Shown here one piece after another: positions 8,425 to 18,162 of a DNA stretch of 50,837 nucleotides (positions are counted from its first letter, which is position 1; the number at the start of each line of letters is the position of its first letter). Position numbers and translations under genes: made by a program. Source of the DNA: Bacilli bacterium (lineage in GTDB: Bacteria; Bacillota_I; Bacilli_A; ML615J-28; CAG-698); the NCBI GenBank assembly GCA_023228385.1, contig JALOBF010000001.1:1-50837 (forward strand), read 5' to 3'. Below the pieces are notes generated by a model. The model did no database searches. It saw nothing but the letters and a program-made list of their open reading frames with translations, and was not told the DNA's origin.

Positions 8425-9546
8425 TTAGTATTTCTTAATTCTTTGTTCGGTTTCCGGATCGAAGAAATGACATTTATTCATATCTAAGGCGAGTTCAATG
8501 TCATCACCCATATGTATGTCAATCCTTGCATTAACTTTTGCAACTAAATCTTGGCCGAACATAACCGCATATATCAATGTTTCAGCACCTAACAATTCCG
8601 CCACATCAACTTTAACTCTTACAACTGAATCGGGATATTCGGCAATTTTAACTGGTGTATCAAAAATATCTTCAGGTCTGATCCCCAATACAATTGGTTT
8701 TTCAATATGTTTTTGTTCTTTCATATATTCCATTTTATCTGCGGGAATTTTCAATCGGCCAATGCCAAGTTTATGATTCCCTAATTCAAAGTAGCCGTCA
8801 TCAGTCACTTTACCTTCAACAAAATTCATCGGCGGTGTTCCGATAAAGCCGCCAACAAATATATTGTTGGGGAAATCGTAGATATCCTTAGGTGAACCTA
8901 CCTGCTGAATATAACCGTCTTTCATGACGACAATCCGTGTCGCCATCGTCATGGCTTCAACTTGGTCGTGAGTAACGTAAATGGTTGTAATACCGAGTCT
9001 TTCTGTAATTTTAATGATTTCCGATCTCATCTGAACTCTCAGTTTAGCGTCAAGATTTGATAACGGCTCATCCATTAAAAACACTTTGGCATCGCGAACA
9101 ATTGCTCTTCCTAATGCTACTCTTTGGCGTTGACCACCGGATAAAGCTTTCGGTTTTCTTTCAAGATAAGGCTTAAGGCCAAGGATTTCGGCAGCATTTT
9201 GCACTCTCCGGTCAATTTCATCACGGGAAAATTTTCTCAATTTAAGACCGAATGCCATATTGTCATATACTGACATATGAGGGTAAAGAGCATAACTTTG
9301 AAATACCATTGCGATATTACGATCTTTAGGCGCTACATCATTTACCACTTCATCGTCTATTCTTAACTCTCCGGATGTGATATCTTCAAGACCGGCAACC
9401 ATTCTTAGCGTCGTAGTTTTTCCGCAGCCGGAAGGCCCGACCAAAACAATAAATTCTTTATCTTTAATGTGTAAATTAAAGTCGGCAACGGCATGGACAT
9501 TTCCGTCAAAGACCTTATTTAAGTTTTTCATTGTAACAGTTGCCAT
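8425..9546 (-). CDS. sugar ABC-importer ATP-binding protein (MsmX/MsmK/UgpC/MalK type), no adjacent permease or binding-protein genes
   Basis: 373 aa. Walker A GPSGCGKTT, signature LSGGQRQRVALGRA, Walker B VFLMDEPLSNLD, and a C-terminal MalK-like regulatory domain. Confidence 0.9.
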   Translation of the reverse strand: MATVTMKNLNKVFDGNVHAVADFNLHIKDKEFIVLVGPSGCGKTTTLRMVAGLEDITSGELRIDDEVVNDVAPKDRNIAMVFQSYALYPHMSVYDNMAFGLKLRKFSRDEIDRRVQNAAEILGLKPYLERKPKALSGGQRQRVALGRAIVRDAKVFLMDEPLSNLDAKLRVQMRSEIIKITERLGITTIYVTHDQVEAMTMATRIVVMKDGYIQQVGSPKDIYDFPNNIFVGGFIGTPPMNFVEGKVTDDGYFELGNHKLGIGRLKIPADKMEYMKEQKHIEKPIVLGIRPEDIFDTPVKIAEYPDSVVRVKVDVAELLGAETLIYAVMFGQDLVAKVNARIDIHMGDDIELALDMNKCHFFDPETEQRIKKY

Positions 9547-9578
9547 AATAATATCTCCCTTTCTATTAATTTAACTCA

Positions 9579-9607
9579 ATTATACTATCATTTTGTAAAT
9601 TATTCAA
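9579..9607 (-). promoter_or_regulatory. sigmaA-type promoter of the MsmX-like gene
   Basis: Minus strand reads TTGAAT (9602-9607), a 17-nt spacer, then TATAAT (9579-9584). Confidence 0.55.
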
Positions 9608-9627
9608 TGTGCAGGTTGCACAAATTT

Positions 9628-10287
9628 TTATTTTATTGTGATTAACCAATACATACATAATGCGTCATTAAAGTTTTGAATATTCAAACCGGTTTCCGAT
9701 TTTATATATTCAAGCTTATTAATTACCGTGTTGCGGTGCATATAAACGTCTTTTGCCGTTTTAGTAACATTTAGATTGTTGTTGAAAAGAGAAAGAATTA
9801 ATTTTTCCATTTGCGAATCTTCATATATGTCATTTAAAATCGCCGGTTTTAATTCTTTAATTTTTTTTATATCTTTTTTTATTACTTCAAGAATTAAATC
9901 AGTTACATTGGTGAAATTATAAGGTTTCTTTTCCAAAAACTCTTTGTAATAACAATAGATAATATGAAAATCATTAACGCGGCGACTATCGGTTTTGCCA
10001 CTGTTAAAAGCGCGAGCAACAATGCCGAAATCAACCGTTAATGATAAGAAAATATCTTTAATTCCAATTTCATCTTCATTAAAATAAAAAACAAAATAAT
10101 TATGATCCACAACAATTATATCTTTGGCATCAAGCGCTTCTGCTAAAATATTCATAAAATTAAATTGATTATTTTGTTCTTTAAAATTAATTAATAAAAA
10201 TCGATAATAACGTTCAGTATACGGATAATTACTATTTTTAAATAAATATTTATACATCTTTTGAGAATAAAAATTAGCAAAACTCAT
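9628..10287 (-). CDS. PucR/CdaR-like helix-turn-helix transcriptional regulator
   Basis: 219 aa. The C-terminal NVTKTAKDVYMHRNTVINKLEYIKSETGLNI resembles the PucR C-terminal HTH. Confidence 0.55.
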   Translation of the reverse strand: MSFANFYSQKMYKYLFKNSNYPYTERYYRFLLINFKEQNNQFNFMNILAEALDAKDIIVVDHNYFVFYFNEDEIGIKDIFLSLTVDFGIVARAFNSGKTDSRRVNDFHIIYCYYKEFLEKKPYNFTNVTDLILEVIKKDIKKIKELKPAILNDIYEDSQMEKLILSLFNNNLNVTKTAKDVYMHRNTVINKLEYIKSETGLNIQNFNDALCMYWLITIK

Positions 10288-10435
10288 TGTTTTAAAGAGT
10301 AGTAAAACTACTTTCTCCTTTCAAGCTACTTAATTAAGTATGTATATTATAGCATTATTATAGCGAGATGTTAAGAATAAAAAATATAATCAGTCATAAC
10401 TAAACAAAAAATAAATAAAATATATAGGTGATAAT

Positions 10436-10762
10436 ATGGAAAATGAATATAAAAAAATCAACGCAAATAAGCTGTTTTATCTGTATAGTTTCAATAATTG
10501 TATTATTGTCGATATCCGAACGCCGCTAGAATATGCGCGCGGACATATCCCGGGATCGCTTAACATTCCTCTGGAAACACTGATTAAACAACCGATGCTT
10601 TATCTTAATCCCCATTTTACATATTATATTATTTGTAAAAACGGGACCAGGAGTGCCCAGTTGGTGACGAAATTAGCACAGCAAAGCTATCCGGTTGTAA
10701 ATGTAATTGGCGGTATTGACAGTTGGGAAGGGCCAATAGAAAAAGATCGTTGCTTCAGTTAA
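10436..10762 (+). CDS. rhodanese-like domain protein
   Basis: 108 aa. IVDIRTPLEYARGHIPGSLNIP plus the active-site loop CKNGTRS. AGGTGA RBS. Confidence 0.8.
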   Translation: MENEYKKINANKLFYLYSFNNCIIVDIRTPLEYARGHIPGSLNIPLETLIKQPMLYLNPHFTYYIICKNGTRSAQLVTKLAQQSYPVVNVIGGIDSWEGPIEKDRCFS

Positions 10763-10777
10763 GCAACGATTATTTTT
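10746..10777. terminator. bidirectional terminator built from the last codons of two convergent genes
   Basis: ATCGTTGCTT-CAGTT-AAGCAACGAT is a perfect 10-bp stem, flanked by AAAAG and TATTTTTAAT. Both stop codons (10760-10762 plus, 10759-10761 minus) sit at the loop/stem junction. Confidence 0.75.
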
Positions 10778-12918
10778 AATACAATAACACTCATATCATC
10801 TTTAGATTTCGATTTGCGCTTTCGGGCATAATTCAATATTTCATACGTTATTTTTTGTGGTGAAAGATGTTTTATTCCATTTACAAAAGTTTCAAAGTCG
10901 TTATCATCAACAATATTGCCGAATACCCCATCACTTGCCATTATAATAATGTCTTCATTTTTAATGATCATTTTTCTTGCTTCGATAATTTCTTCAATTC
11001 CAAAAGGTAATCCTTCGTTTATTATTCGTTCAAAACTACCGTCTTTATGGAAAATATAACTTGATGCCGCTCCCATTTTATAAAATAATAAATAGCCCTG
11101 AGCGCGATCAAGTTGTAAAAAGTCAAGGGTGCTGTACTTTTCTAAATAATCCTGAATAAAAAAGAAAGTATTTAATATCTGCAAGGCCGTCTCGGCCGTT
11201 ATTTCCGTATTAGTTATTTCATCTACCAATTTAAGGGTTGTGGCACTCTCTTGATTAGCCATAAATCCTTTTCCCATACCATCGCTAATAGCGGCTATTA
11301 ATTTTGTATTGGTTAAGTGCTTAATCAGATAATTATCACCACAAACACTGTTACCTTCTTGAGCAATAGAACCATATCCATATTCGACATCATAATTGAT
11401 TTTTGGCACAATATTGACATACGTTTTTCCCCGGGATACGGATTTAAAAAGGCAGCTTACATTTTGTTCTATGTGATTATTGCAAATCAGTTCGATAATG
11501 ATTTTTATATTATTAAAAGTTTCACCTTTAATTCCGGTTTCAATTAAAAAATCATTAATTAGCATTTTTTGAGGTTGAAAATAACAAACGTTAAATCCAT
11601 AATCACATAATCCTTGATATATTTTTTCAAATATTTCGATGTCCAATTCGTTCTTTAAAGAATTATCAACACTATACTGGCGTAATATATTTGAAACACC
11701 GTTGATTTGGGCAATTAAAGCATTGGATTTGGTGGATGTCGCTGACAAATTTAACTTCTCATTAATTAAAATACTGCTTTTTCTCATTTCTACTATATAG
11801 GGACAACTTTTTAAAAAAACAGATTCCTCAGAGTCGCTAAACTCATAATTGCTTCTTTTAGCATATAAAATCAAATTTTTAAAAAAGGTATATAATTTTC
11901 CTTTATTTTTTGAGTAACATTCGTTGCGAACATAACATGATTCGCAATAAAAATGGGTTAAATTGTTGATCCCCTCGCTTAATTTTTGATTATATTCCTT
12001 CGGTGTCGCAAAGCTTCGAGAAAAAAGATCAAGAAAACTGGCAAAGGCGATAACTTCATTATTAATATTTTCCAATGACCTTTGATATATACCGGCCGCC
12101 AAATCTTTGCCTTCATGAATATTAATGATCATAAATTTTATTATTTCAAATACAATAGCAAGGCCAATCGTAATTTGTAATGTTAAAGGATTAAAATAAG
12201 GCGTATTAGAAAACCATCCCAAAAGACAAAAGGAAATTAAAGAAAGAGGAGCATAAATCGACGGGAAAATATAAAAAGCACTGACAAAAGGAATTAATAT
12301 GCTTTCTTCAATATCAAAAACGAAACGGAGAAAAAGCATTGTCATTAAACTAAAAAATACCGAATGAATATAATAGCGATTTTGTGAAAGATACATGGCA
12401 AAATACATTGCAACAAATAATGGTATATTCATTAAGCCAGGAATGGCGGTTGCCCCCAACACTGCAGAAATTGCCATTATCGTTTCATTATAAGCAAAAT
12501 TCCGTGTGCGATTTTGCTTTGTGAGCGGGCCTTGAATGTTATAACAAAAATATGCATAAATAACGGTACTTACCAGTGCGAAAAATATAATATAAATTAA
12601 TTCAAAGTTTGGCTGAGGAAATACCGCAGATACTAGACTTATTATAAAGATAAATAACAAATTAATATAATAATTTCGATTTTGTGTTATTAGCATAAAA
12701 ATTAATATTGCTAAAAGCAAAACCGCAAGATATAGTAAACCTTCACGATTAAACCATAACAATCCGAGCAATGATGAAGGAATTATTAATAATATATTTT
12801 TAGGATTATGAAAAGCAAAAAAACACACTATCGGAATAAAAAAAACAAAACCAATTTTAAGATAATATGTCAATACTGAAAAAAAACTAATTATTATAAT
12901 ATTGATATATTTATTCAT
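10759..12918 (-). CDS. spoIIE: stage II sporulation protein E (membrane PP2C phosphatase)
   Basis: 719 aa. About 10 N-terminal TM helices, a central domain, and a C-terminal PP2C domain with GDNY, AISDGMGKG and IMASDGV motifs. Confidence 0.85.
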   Translation of the reverse strand: MNKYINIIIISFFSVLTYYLKIGFVFFIPIVCFFAFHNPKNILLIIPSSLLGLLWFNREGLLYLAVLLLAILIFMLITQNRNYYINLLFIFIISLVSAVFPQPNFELIYIIFFALVSTVIYAYFCYNIQGPLTKQNRTRNFAYNETIMAISAVLGATAIPGLMNIPLFVAMYFAMYLSQNRYYIHSVFFSLMTMLFLRFVFDIEESILIPFVSAFYIFPSIYAPLSLISFCLLGWFSNTPYFNPLTLQITIGLAIVFEIIKFMIINIHEGKDLAAGIYQRSLENINNEVIAFASFLDLFSRSFATPKEYNQKLSEGINNLTHFYCESCYVRNECYSKNKGKLYTFFKNLILYAKRSNYEFSDSEESVFLKSCPYIVEMRKSSILINEKLNLSATSTKSNALIAQINGVSNILRQYSVDNSLKNELDIEIFEKIYQGLCDYGFNVCYFQPQKMLINDFLIETGIKGETFNNIKIIIELICNNHIEQNVSCLFKSVSRGKTYVNIVPKINYDVEYGYGSIAQEGNSVCGDNYLIKHLTNTKLIAAISDGMGKGFMANQESATTLKLVDEITNTEITAETALQILNTFFFIQDYLEKYSTLDFLQLDRAQGYLLFYKMGAASSYIFHKDGSFERIINEGLPFGIEEIIEARKMIIKNEDIIIMASDGVFGNIVDDNDFETFVNGIKHLSPQKITYEILNYARKRKSKSKDDMSVIVLKIIVA

Positions 12919-13049
12919 AGACTTGTCCTCTCTTATTAATCATAATCTTTTGAATAGTGAAAATTTGTAAAAAAATAGCGATTACTAATAATAATTACTA
13001 AAGCCTATGTTATAATATACATAATCAGTAAGGAGAAGAGAGGTATACT

Positions 13050-13799
13050 ATGAAATTAGCATCATGGAACGTTAATGGATTACGGGCTTGTCTGAATAAA
13101 GGATTCACGGATTTTTTTAATAAAATAGATGTTGACTTATTTGCCGTTCAAGAAACAAAAATGCAGAAAAATCAAAAACACTTTGAATTCGACAATTATA
13201 AAGAAATATGGAATTGCGCTGAAAGAAAAGGCTATTCCGGTACATTAATCTACAGTAAATTTGATCCTAATAACATTGTTTATGGAATAGATAATCAATA
13301 CTATATTGATGAAGGCAGAATTATTACACTTGAATTCAATGATTTTTATTTTGTAAATGTTTATGTGCCAAATTCCCAAAGACAGTTAACTCGTCTGTCT
13401 TATCGAATGGAATTTGATAATAACTTTCGAAAGTATCTCAACCGACTAGATTTGATTAAACCGGTTATCGTTTGTGGTGATTTCAATGTTGCTCACAATC
13501 CCATTGATATAAAAAATCCTAAAACAAACGAAAGAAACGCAGGATATACTATTGAAGAAAGGACGCAATTTCAAAAACTGCTTGAGAGTGGTTTTGTTGA
13601 TACATTCCGTCATCTTTATCGGGAAAAAATTCAATATACTTGGTGGAGTTATATGTTTAACGCCCGGCAGAACAACGTTGGTTGGCGGATTGACTATTTT
13701 TTATTGTCAAAAAGGTTAATCAATCGGTTAAAAGACATTATTATTTGCGATGAAGTCTTGGGTAGTGATCACTGCCCAATCGTGTTAGAAACATTTTAA
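13050..13799 (+). CDS. exoA: exodeoxyribonuclease III (AP endonuclease)
   Basis: 249 aa. Motifs SWNVNGLRA, AVQETK, GDFNVAH, GSDHCP. Confidence 0.92.
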   Translation: MKLASWNVNGLRACLNKGFTDFFNKIDVDLFAVQETKMQKNQKHFEFDNYKEIWNCAERKGYSGTLIYSKFDPNNIVYGIDNQYYIDEGRIITLEFNDFYFVNVYVPNSQRQLTRLSYRMEFDNNFRKYLNRLDLIKPVIVCGDFNVAHNPIDIKNPKTNERNAGYTIEERTQFQKLLESGFVDTFRHLYREKIQYTWWSYMFNARQNNVGWRIDYFLLSKRLINRLKDIIICDEVLGSDHCPIVLETF

Positions 13800-13826
13800 A
13801 ACGACCCGTTAAGTGAGTCGTTTTTT
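13799..13826. terminator. terminator after exoA (probably shared with the convergent ABC gene)
   Basis: AAACGAC-N11-GTCGTTT followed by TTTT on the plus strand. The reverse direction has only a short T run. Confidence 0.65.
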
Positions 13827-13835
13827 ATATCATAT

Positions 13836-15557
13836 TTATAGGTATACGGTTGCATTATATAAACTATTATAATATCCCCCTTTAGATATTAATTCTCTAT
13901 GTGTTCCTCTTTCCTCAATGCCGTTTCGACTAATCACAATTATCTCATCGGCATTTTGAATGGTTGAAAGCCGATGAGCAATCATAATGGTCGTTTTTCC
14001 TTTGGACAGTTCTTCAAAAGATTCTTGAATCATATTTTCCGTAATATTATCCAACGATGATGTTGCTTCATCTAATATCAATATTTGCGGATTTTTTAAA
14101 AATAATCTGGCTATGGATATTCTTTGCTGTTGACCGCCAGAAAGTTTTACGCCCCTTTCTCCGGTCATCGTGTCATATCCATCATCAAGAGATAAAATAA
14201 AATCGTGAATTTGTGCCTTTTTAGCTGCCGCAACTACTTCATCAAAAGTGGCATCGGGTCTGCCAAATAAAATATTATCCTTAATTGTTCCCCAAAAAAT
14301 AAATACATCTTGTTGAACCGTACCAATTGCCTGACGTAAATTATATAAATCATAATCTTTTACATTAACACCATCAATTAAAATCTCACCACTTTCAACA
14401 TCATAAAATCTCGGTACCAATTTCGATATTGTAGTTTTTCCAACTCCGGTTTCACCAACTAAAGCAACCCTGGTTCCTGCCGGAATAGTTAAATTAAAAT
14501 TATTAAGAATATATTCATTGTCATCTTGATTATATCTAAATTCAACATCCCTAAATTCAATATCGCCTTTAATGCTTGTTTTAAAAACCGGATTGGGAGA
14601 TGTAACTATTCCCGGTTGGACTTGCATTAATTGATAAAATTTTTCAATACCGGAAAAACCTTGTTGTAATTGTTCCATGGAGTTAATTAGTCGCTGAATC
14701 GGGCTTATCAAAAAGTTAACATACAAAAAATATGTTGTTAAATCGATATAATCAATTTGATTTTTATAAACATAATATCCTCCGAAAATTAAGAGCGCTA
14801 AATTAGTAAGACTAATAAAAAAAGCATTACCTGATGAGAAAAGGCCGATTTGTTTAAAAATATTCGAACGAGCTTGGCGATAAGCATAGTTAACCTTTTC
14901 AAATTTCTGATATTCATAGGGTTCATTGGTATAAGCTTTCGTCAGTCTGATTCCACTTAAACTACTCTCGATTTCGGCATTGAGTTCTCCTTGAACACCC
15001 CTTGATGTGCGAAAGCTGGTCATCATTTTTTTGCGTCGGGAAATTGAAAAAGTAATTAAGAATAACAAAAAAACAAAGATAACTAAAGTTAAAATATGAT
15101 GAATTCTAAGCAGAATAAAAAAACTGCCGATTAACATTATGGTTGAAATAAATAAATCTTCAGGCGCATGATGACTCATTTCAGCAACATCATGAATATG
15201 CGACGTTAAATTAGTCATTAGTTCTCCGGTTTGCTTATTATCAAAAAACTGATAATCCATTGTTTGAAGTTTTTGAAATAAATCAGAACGCATATCGGTT
15301 TCGATACGAACGCCCATTACATGACCCCAGTAACCGATAACGTATGATAATAAAAATCTTACCATATATATTAATAATAAAGCTAATCCAAAAATATAAA
15401 CAAGATGAATTTGATTGTTTGGAATATAAGTTCTTAGAACACGATTTGTAAATATCGGAAATATTAGATCAATAACCGATATAAGCATTGCACAAATCAT
15501 ATCAATTATAAATAAACCTAAATGCGGCCGGTAATAGTTTATAAATTTTTTTATCAT
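13836..15557 (-). CDS. ABC exporter, fused permease/ATPase half-transporter (MsbA/LmrA type)
   Basis: 573 aa. 6-TM N-terminal domain, Walker A GETGVGKTT, signature LSGGQQQRISIAR, Walker B ILILDEATSSLD. Confidence 0.88.
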   Translation of the reverse strand: MIKKFINYYRPHLGLFIIDMICAMLISVIDLIFPIFTNRVLRTYIPNNQIHLVYIFGLALLLIYMVRFLLSYVIGYWGHVMGVRIETDMRSDLFQKLQTMDYQFFDNKQTGELMTNLTSHIHDVAEMSHHAPEDLFISTIMLIGSFFILLRIHHILTLVIFVFLLFLITFSISRRKKMMTSFRTSRGVQGELNAEIESSLSGIRLTKAYTNEPYEYQKFEKVNYAYRQARSNIFKQIGLFSSGNAFFISLTNLALLIFGGYYVYKNQIDYIDLTTYFLYVNFLISPIQRLINSMEQLQQGFSGIEKFYQLMQVQPGIVTSPNPVFKTSIKGDIEFRDVEFRYNQDDNEYILNNFNLTIPAGTRVALVGETGVGKTTISKLVPRFYDVESGEILIDGVNVKDYDLYNLRQAIGTVQQDVFIFWGTIKDNILFGRPDATFDEVVAAAKKAQIHDFILSLDDGYDTMTGERGVKLSGGQQQRISIARLFLKNPQILILDEATSSLDNITENMIQESFEELSKGKTTIMIAHRLSTIQNADEIIVISRNGIEERGTHRELISKGGYYNSLYNATVYL

Positions 15558-15559
15558 TT

Positions 15560-17884
15560 CTACCCCTCTGTTCTTAATGCTTTAATCGGAAGTTTTCTCG
15601 ATGCGGCAATTGCCGGAATAAGCCCGGCAAATACTGTTAATAACATACTTCCGAATATTAAAACCAATAAATATTTTAATTCGAATTTCGCCACTATTAC
15701 CTGAGATATCCCGGGGAACAAAACCGTATAATCTTTAATCATCCTAACAACAAATTCATTGATAGGATTAACAAAAAGTCGAGCCCCCACCACTCCCATT
15801 AAGCCAGAAAAAAAACCAATAATCGCCGCTTCGGTAATAAATAAACGGGCGATATCTATTTTCCTGGCACCAATACTTCGTAATAAACCAATTTCTCGAA
15901 TTCTTTCAATGACCGATACATAGGTAATAATGCCTATTAAAATCGCTGAAACTATTAATGACACGGAAGAAAATATTATTAATACCGAACTAAACACCCT
16001 AACCATTGATGCGAATTCCGTGGTTACAGATTGAATGAAATCTGAATAGGATATTTCAACTTCTTCGCTTTTATTTTTAAAATTATCAACATATGATGCA
16101 ATCTGTAAACGATTTTGAAAAGATGAAGTGTAAATATATATTACTGTTGTTTCTACTATTGCCCCTAAAGATATCAAGTTTTCTTTTAGTTGATATTCGG
16201 GGGAATCAGTCGAAGCCATAGTTTCTTTTTCCTCATAAGGCATACCGGTAAAAACATTCTTATCTAAACCATACTCTAATTGCTCCTTGACAATTTGCGA
16301 ATTTGCAGCATCGGCAGTCACCATAGCCGTAAGAGCCGGAGTATATAAAATCCCCGTGTTATACAATTTTGTTGTTGCATCGGGTTTAACCCGCATTATA
16401 GCCGTAATTTCTAAAGTCGATACCGCATTTTCAAATAATTCCGGATAAAACGATATTGTTTTCGCCTGATATCTATCATTAATTTTTAAATAATATTCAT
16501 CATTTGAAAGCAATTTAAATTTCGTGCCCAATATCTCGTCAAAAGTATAAAAATTTTTGGATTCATAATCAAAGCCCAAGTAATACAGAATAAAAGCATC
16601 CATAGCATTATACTCATCAACCAATAAGGCAATTTGATTTGCTGATTGAGGAAGGGTCCCGGCCAATACATCATATTGCTCCGCGACAAAATCATCTTCG
16701 ACTAATTCATAAAATATACTGTTGGATACCATCCGATATCCGTCATTCGTTTGAGCCACTATTTTCATTGCAACTTTAGTATTATAATTGACTACTGTAT
16801 ACAAAGATTTATCTAGTTGTTCGATATAGCTAAGAAAATCGCTTTCGATTACATTATAATAATCGTTTTTGTGATAACCTTTTCTAATATTTATAATTGT
16901 CTCTTCTGGGAACCGTTCCCACTTGTGGATATCTTGCCCATTTTCATCTTCTTTATTTTTTGCATTACTGCGAATATAAATCGGATAATTTGCCAATGCT
17001 GATTTTTGAACGTCTTCGATATAAACATTTACTCCATTTGAAATTGCCAATACCAAGCCAACACCAATTATGCCAATACAACCGGCAAAACTAGTTAAAA
17101 CAGTTCGCAGCTTAGTCCGGAGCATATTCTTAAGGCTGATTTTTATTGCAGCAACTAATGACATTGCCGTTTTCGTTTTATGATATTGTTTAATAAATTT
17201 GTCTTCTGTAACCGGAGCTGAGTCACCGATTATACGACCGTCAAATAGTTCTATAATCCGATCAGCATATTTATAAGCAAGTTCAGTATTATGACTAACT
17301 ACCACAACTAAACGATCATGAGATATTTCCTTTAAAATTTTCATAATCTTTTCGGCTGTTTCCGAATCAAGTGCTCCGGTTGGCTCGTCAGCTAGAACAA
17401 TATCGGTATCGTTAACTATTGCACGGGCAATCGCAACCCTTTGCATTTGACCGCCTGACAATTGATTAGGAAGATTTTTTAGTTGCGCCATTAAGTCAAC
17501 TTTTTCAAGCGCTGCTAAAACTTTTCGCTTTCTTTCGTTTTTATCCACTCCCGCCAAATTTAATGCTATTTCAACATTTTCATAAACAGTTAGGTGAGGT
17601 AAAAGATAATAGTTCTGAAAAACAAAACCAATCGATTTATTTCGATAGGCATCCCAATCAGTATCTTTAAATTTTGAAGTGTCCGTTCCTTTTATTGTGA
17701 GTTGGCCTTCCGAACTTCGATCTAATCCTCCAATGATATTCAATAAAGTTGTTTTACCGCAGCCGGAAGGACCGTGAACACAAATGAATTCTTTTTCGCG
17801 GAAAGAAATATTAATATTATCTAAAGCTTTATTCTCATAATTCCCTACCCGATAATATTTAGCGACATTTTTTAATTTTATCAT
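15560..17884 (-). CDS. MacB-like ABC transporter, ATPase fused to an FtsX-type permease with a large extracytoplasmic domain
   Basis: Walker A GPSGCGKTT, signature LSGGQMQRVAIARA, then TM, a roughly 370-aa loop, and the FtsX C-terminal 3 TM. Start set to ATG 17884 (MIKLKNVAKYY), 7 nt after GAGGTGG. The track's TTG at 17899 overlaps the RBS. Confidence 0.82.
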   Translation of the reverse strand: MIKLKNVAKYYRVGNYENKALDNINISFREKEFICVHGPSGCGKTTLLNIIGGLDRSSEGQLTIKGTDTSKFKDTDWDAYRNKSIGFVFQNYYLLPHLTVYENVEIALNLAGVDKNERKRKVLAALEKVDLMAQLKNLPNQLSGGQMQRVAIARAIVNDTDIVLADEPTGALDSETAEKIMKILKEISHDRLVVVVSHNTELAYKYADRIIELFDGRIIGDSAPVTEDKFIKQYHKTKTAMSLVAAIKISLKNMLRTKLRTVLTSFAGCIGIIGVGLVLAISNGVNVYIEDVQKSALANYPIYIRSNAKNKEDENGQDIHKWERFPEETIINIRKGYHKNDYYNVIESDFLSYIEQLDKSLYTVVNYNTKVAMKIVAQTNDGYRMVSNSIFYELVEDDFVAEQYDVLAGTLPQSANQIALLVDEYNAMDAFILYYLGFDYESKNFYTFDEILGTKFKLLSNDEYYLKINDRYQAKTISFYPELFENAVSTLEITAIMRVKPDATTKLYNTGILYTPALTAMVTADAANSQIVKEQLEYGLDKNVFTGMPYEEKETMASTDSPEYQLKENLISLGAIVETTVIYIYTSSFQNRLQIASYVDNFKNKSEEVEISYSDFIQSVTTEFASMVRVFSSVLIIFSSVSLIVSAILIGIITYVSVIERIREIGLLRSIGARKIDIARLFITEAAIIGFFSGLMGVVGARLFVNPINEFVVRMIKDYTVLFPGISQVIVAKFELKYLLVLIFGSMLLTVFAGLIPAIAASRKLPIKALRTEG

Positions 17885-17916
17885 TAAAGCCCACCTCAAT
17901 ATTTTTGTATATTATA

Positions 17917-17945
17917 ATTATCCCATTTTTGTACTGGATTTTCAA
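17917..17945 (-). promoter_or_regulatory. sigmaA-type promoter of the two-gene ABC operon
   Basis: Minus strand reads TTGAAA (17940-17945), a 17-nt spacer, then GATAAT (17917-17922). Confidence 0.5.
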
Positions 17946-17969
17946 TAAAAAAACCCTATTCGGGGTTTT
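17944..17969 (-). terminator. rho-independent terminator ending the mnmG...DUF951 operon
   Basis: Minus strand reads AAAACCC-CGAATA-GGGTTTT followed by TTTATTG. The stem overlaps the last codons and TAG of the DUF951 gene. Confidence 0.65.
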
Positions 17970-18162
17970 CAGCATAATATAATGTTTTTTTGATTTTTTT
18001 AGGCAGTTGTACCCGCGGTATTAGAATAATACGTTTGCATGTAGTACATTCCAATTTACAATCAACCCCCTGGCGGATCATTTTCCAATTCTTGCCTCCG
18101 CACGGGTGCGATTTCTTGAATTCATAAACATCGCCATTATTATATTTTTGGATATTTATCAT
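17956..18162 (-). CDS. DUF951 family protein (YyzM-like)
   Basis: YEFKKSHPCGGKNWKMIRQGVDCKLECTTCKRIILIPR is the DUF951 Cys pattern. Start set to internal ATG 18162 (MINIQKY), giving 68 aa and a 23-nt overlap with the end of mscS. Confidence 0.7.
   Translation of the reverse strand: MINIQKYNNGDVYEFKKSHPCGGKNWKMIRQGVDCKLECTTCKRIILIPRVQLPKKIKKTLYYAENPE

Noticed and set aside
9608-9622. 15-bp palindrome TGTGCA-GGT-TGCACA abutting the -35 box of the MsmX-gene promoter
   Set aside because: It could be a regulator site, but it does not fit the cre or LacI-family consensus (odd length, no central CG). It lies 5 nt after the stop of the upstream PucR-like gene, so a weak terminator or chance palindrome is equally likely.
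12919-13049. Spo0A boxes (TGTCGAA / TTCGACA) upstream of spoIIE
   Set aside because: No match was found by eye in the 130-bp spacer, so none is reported.
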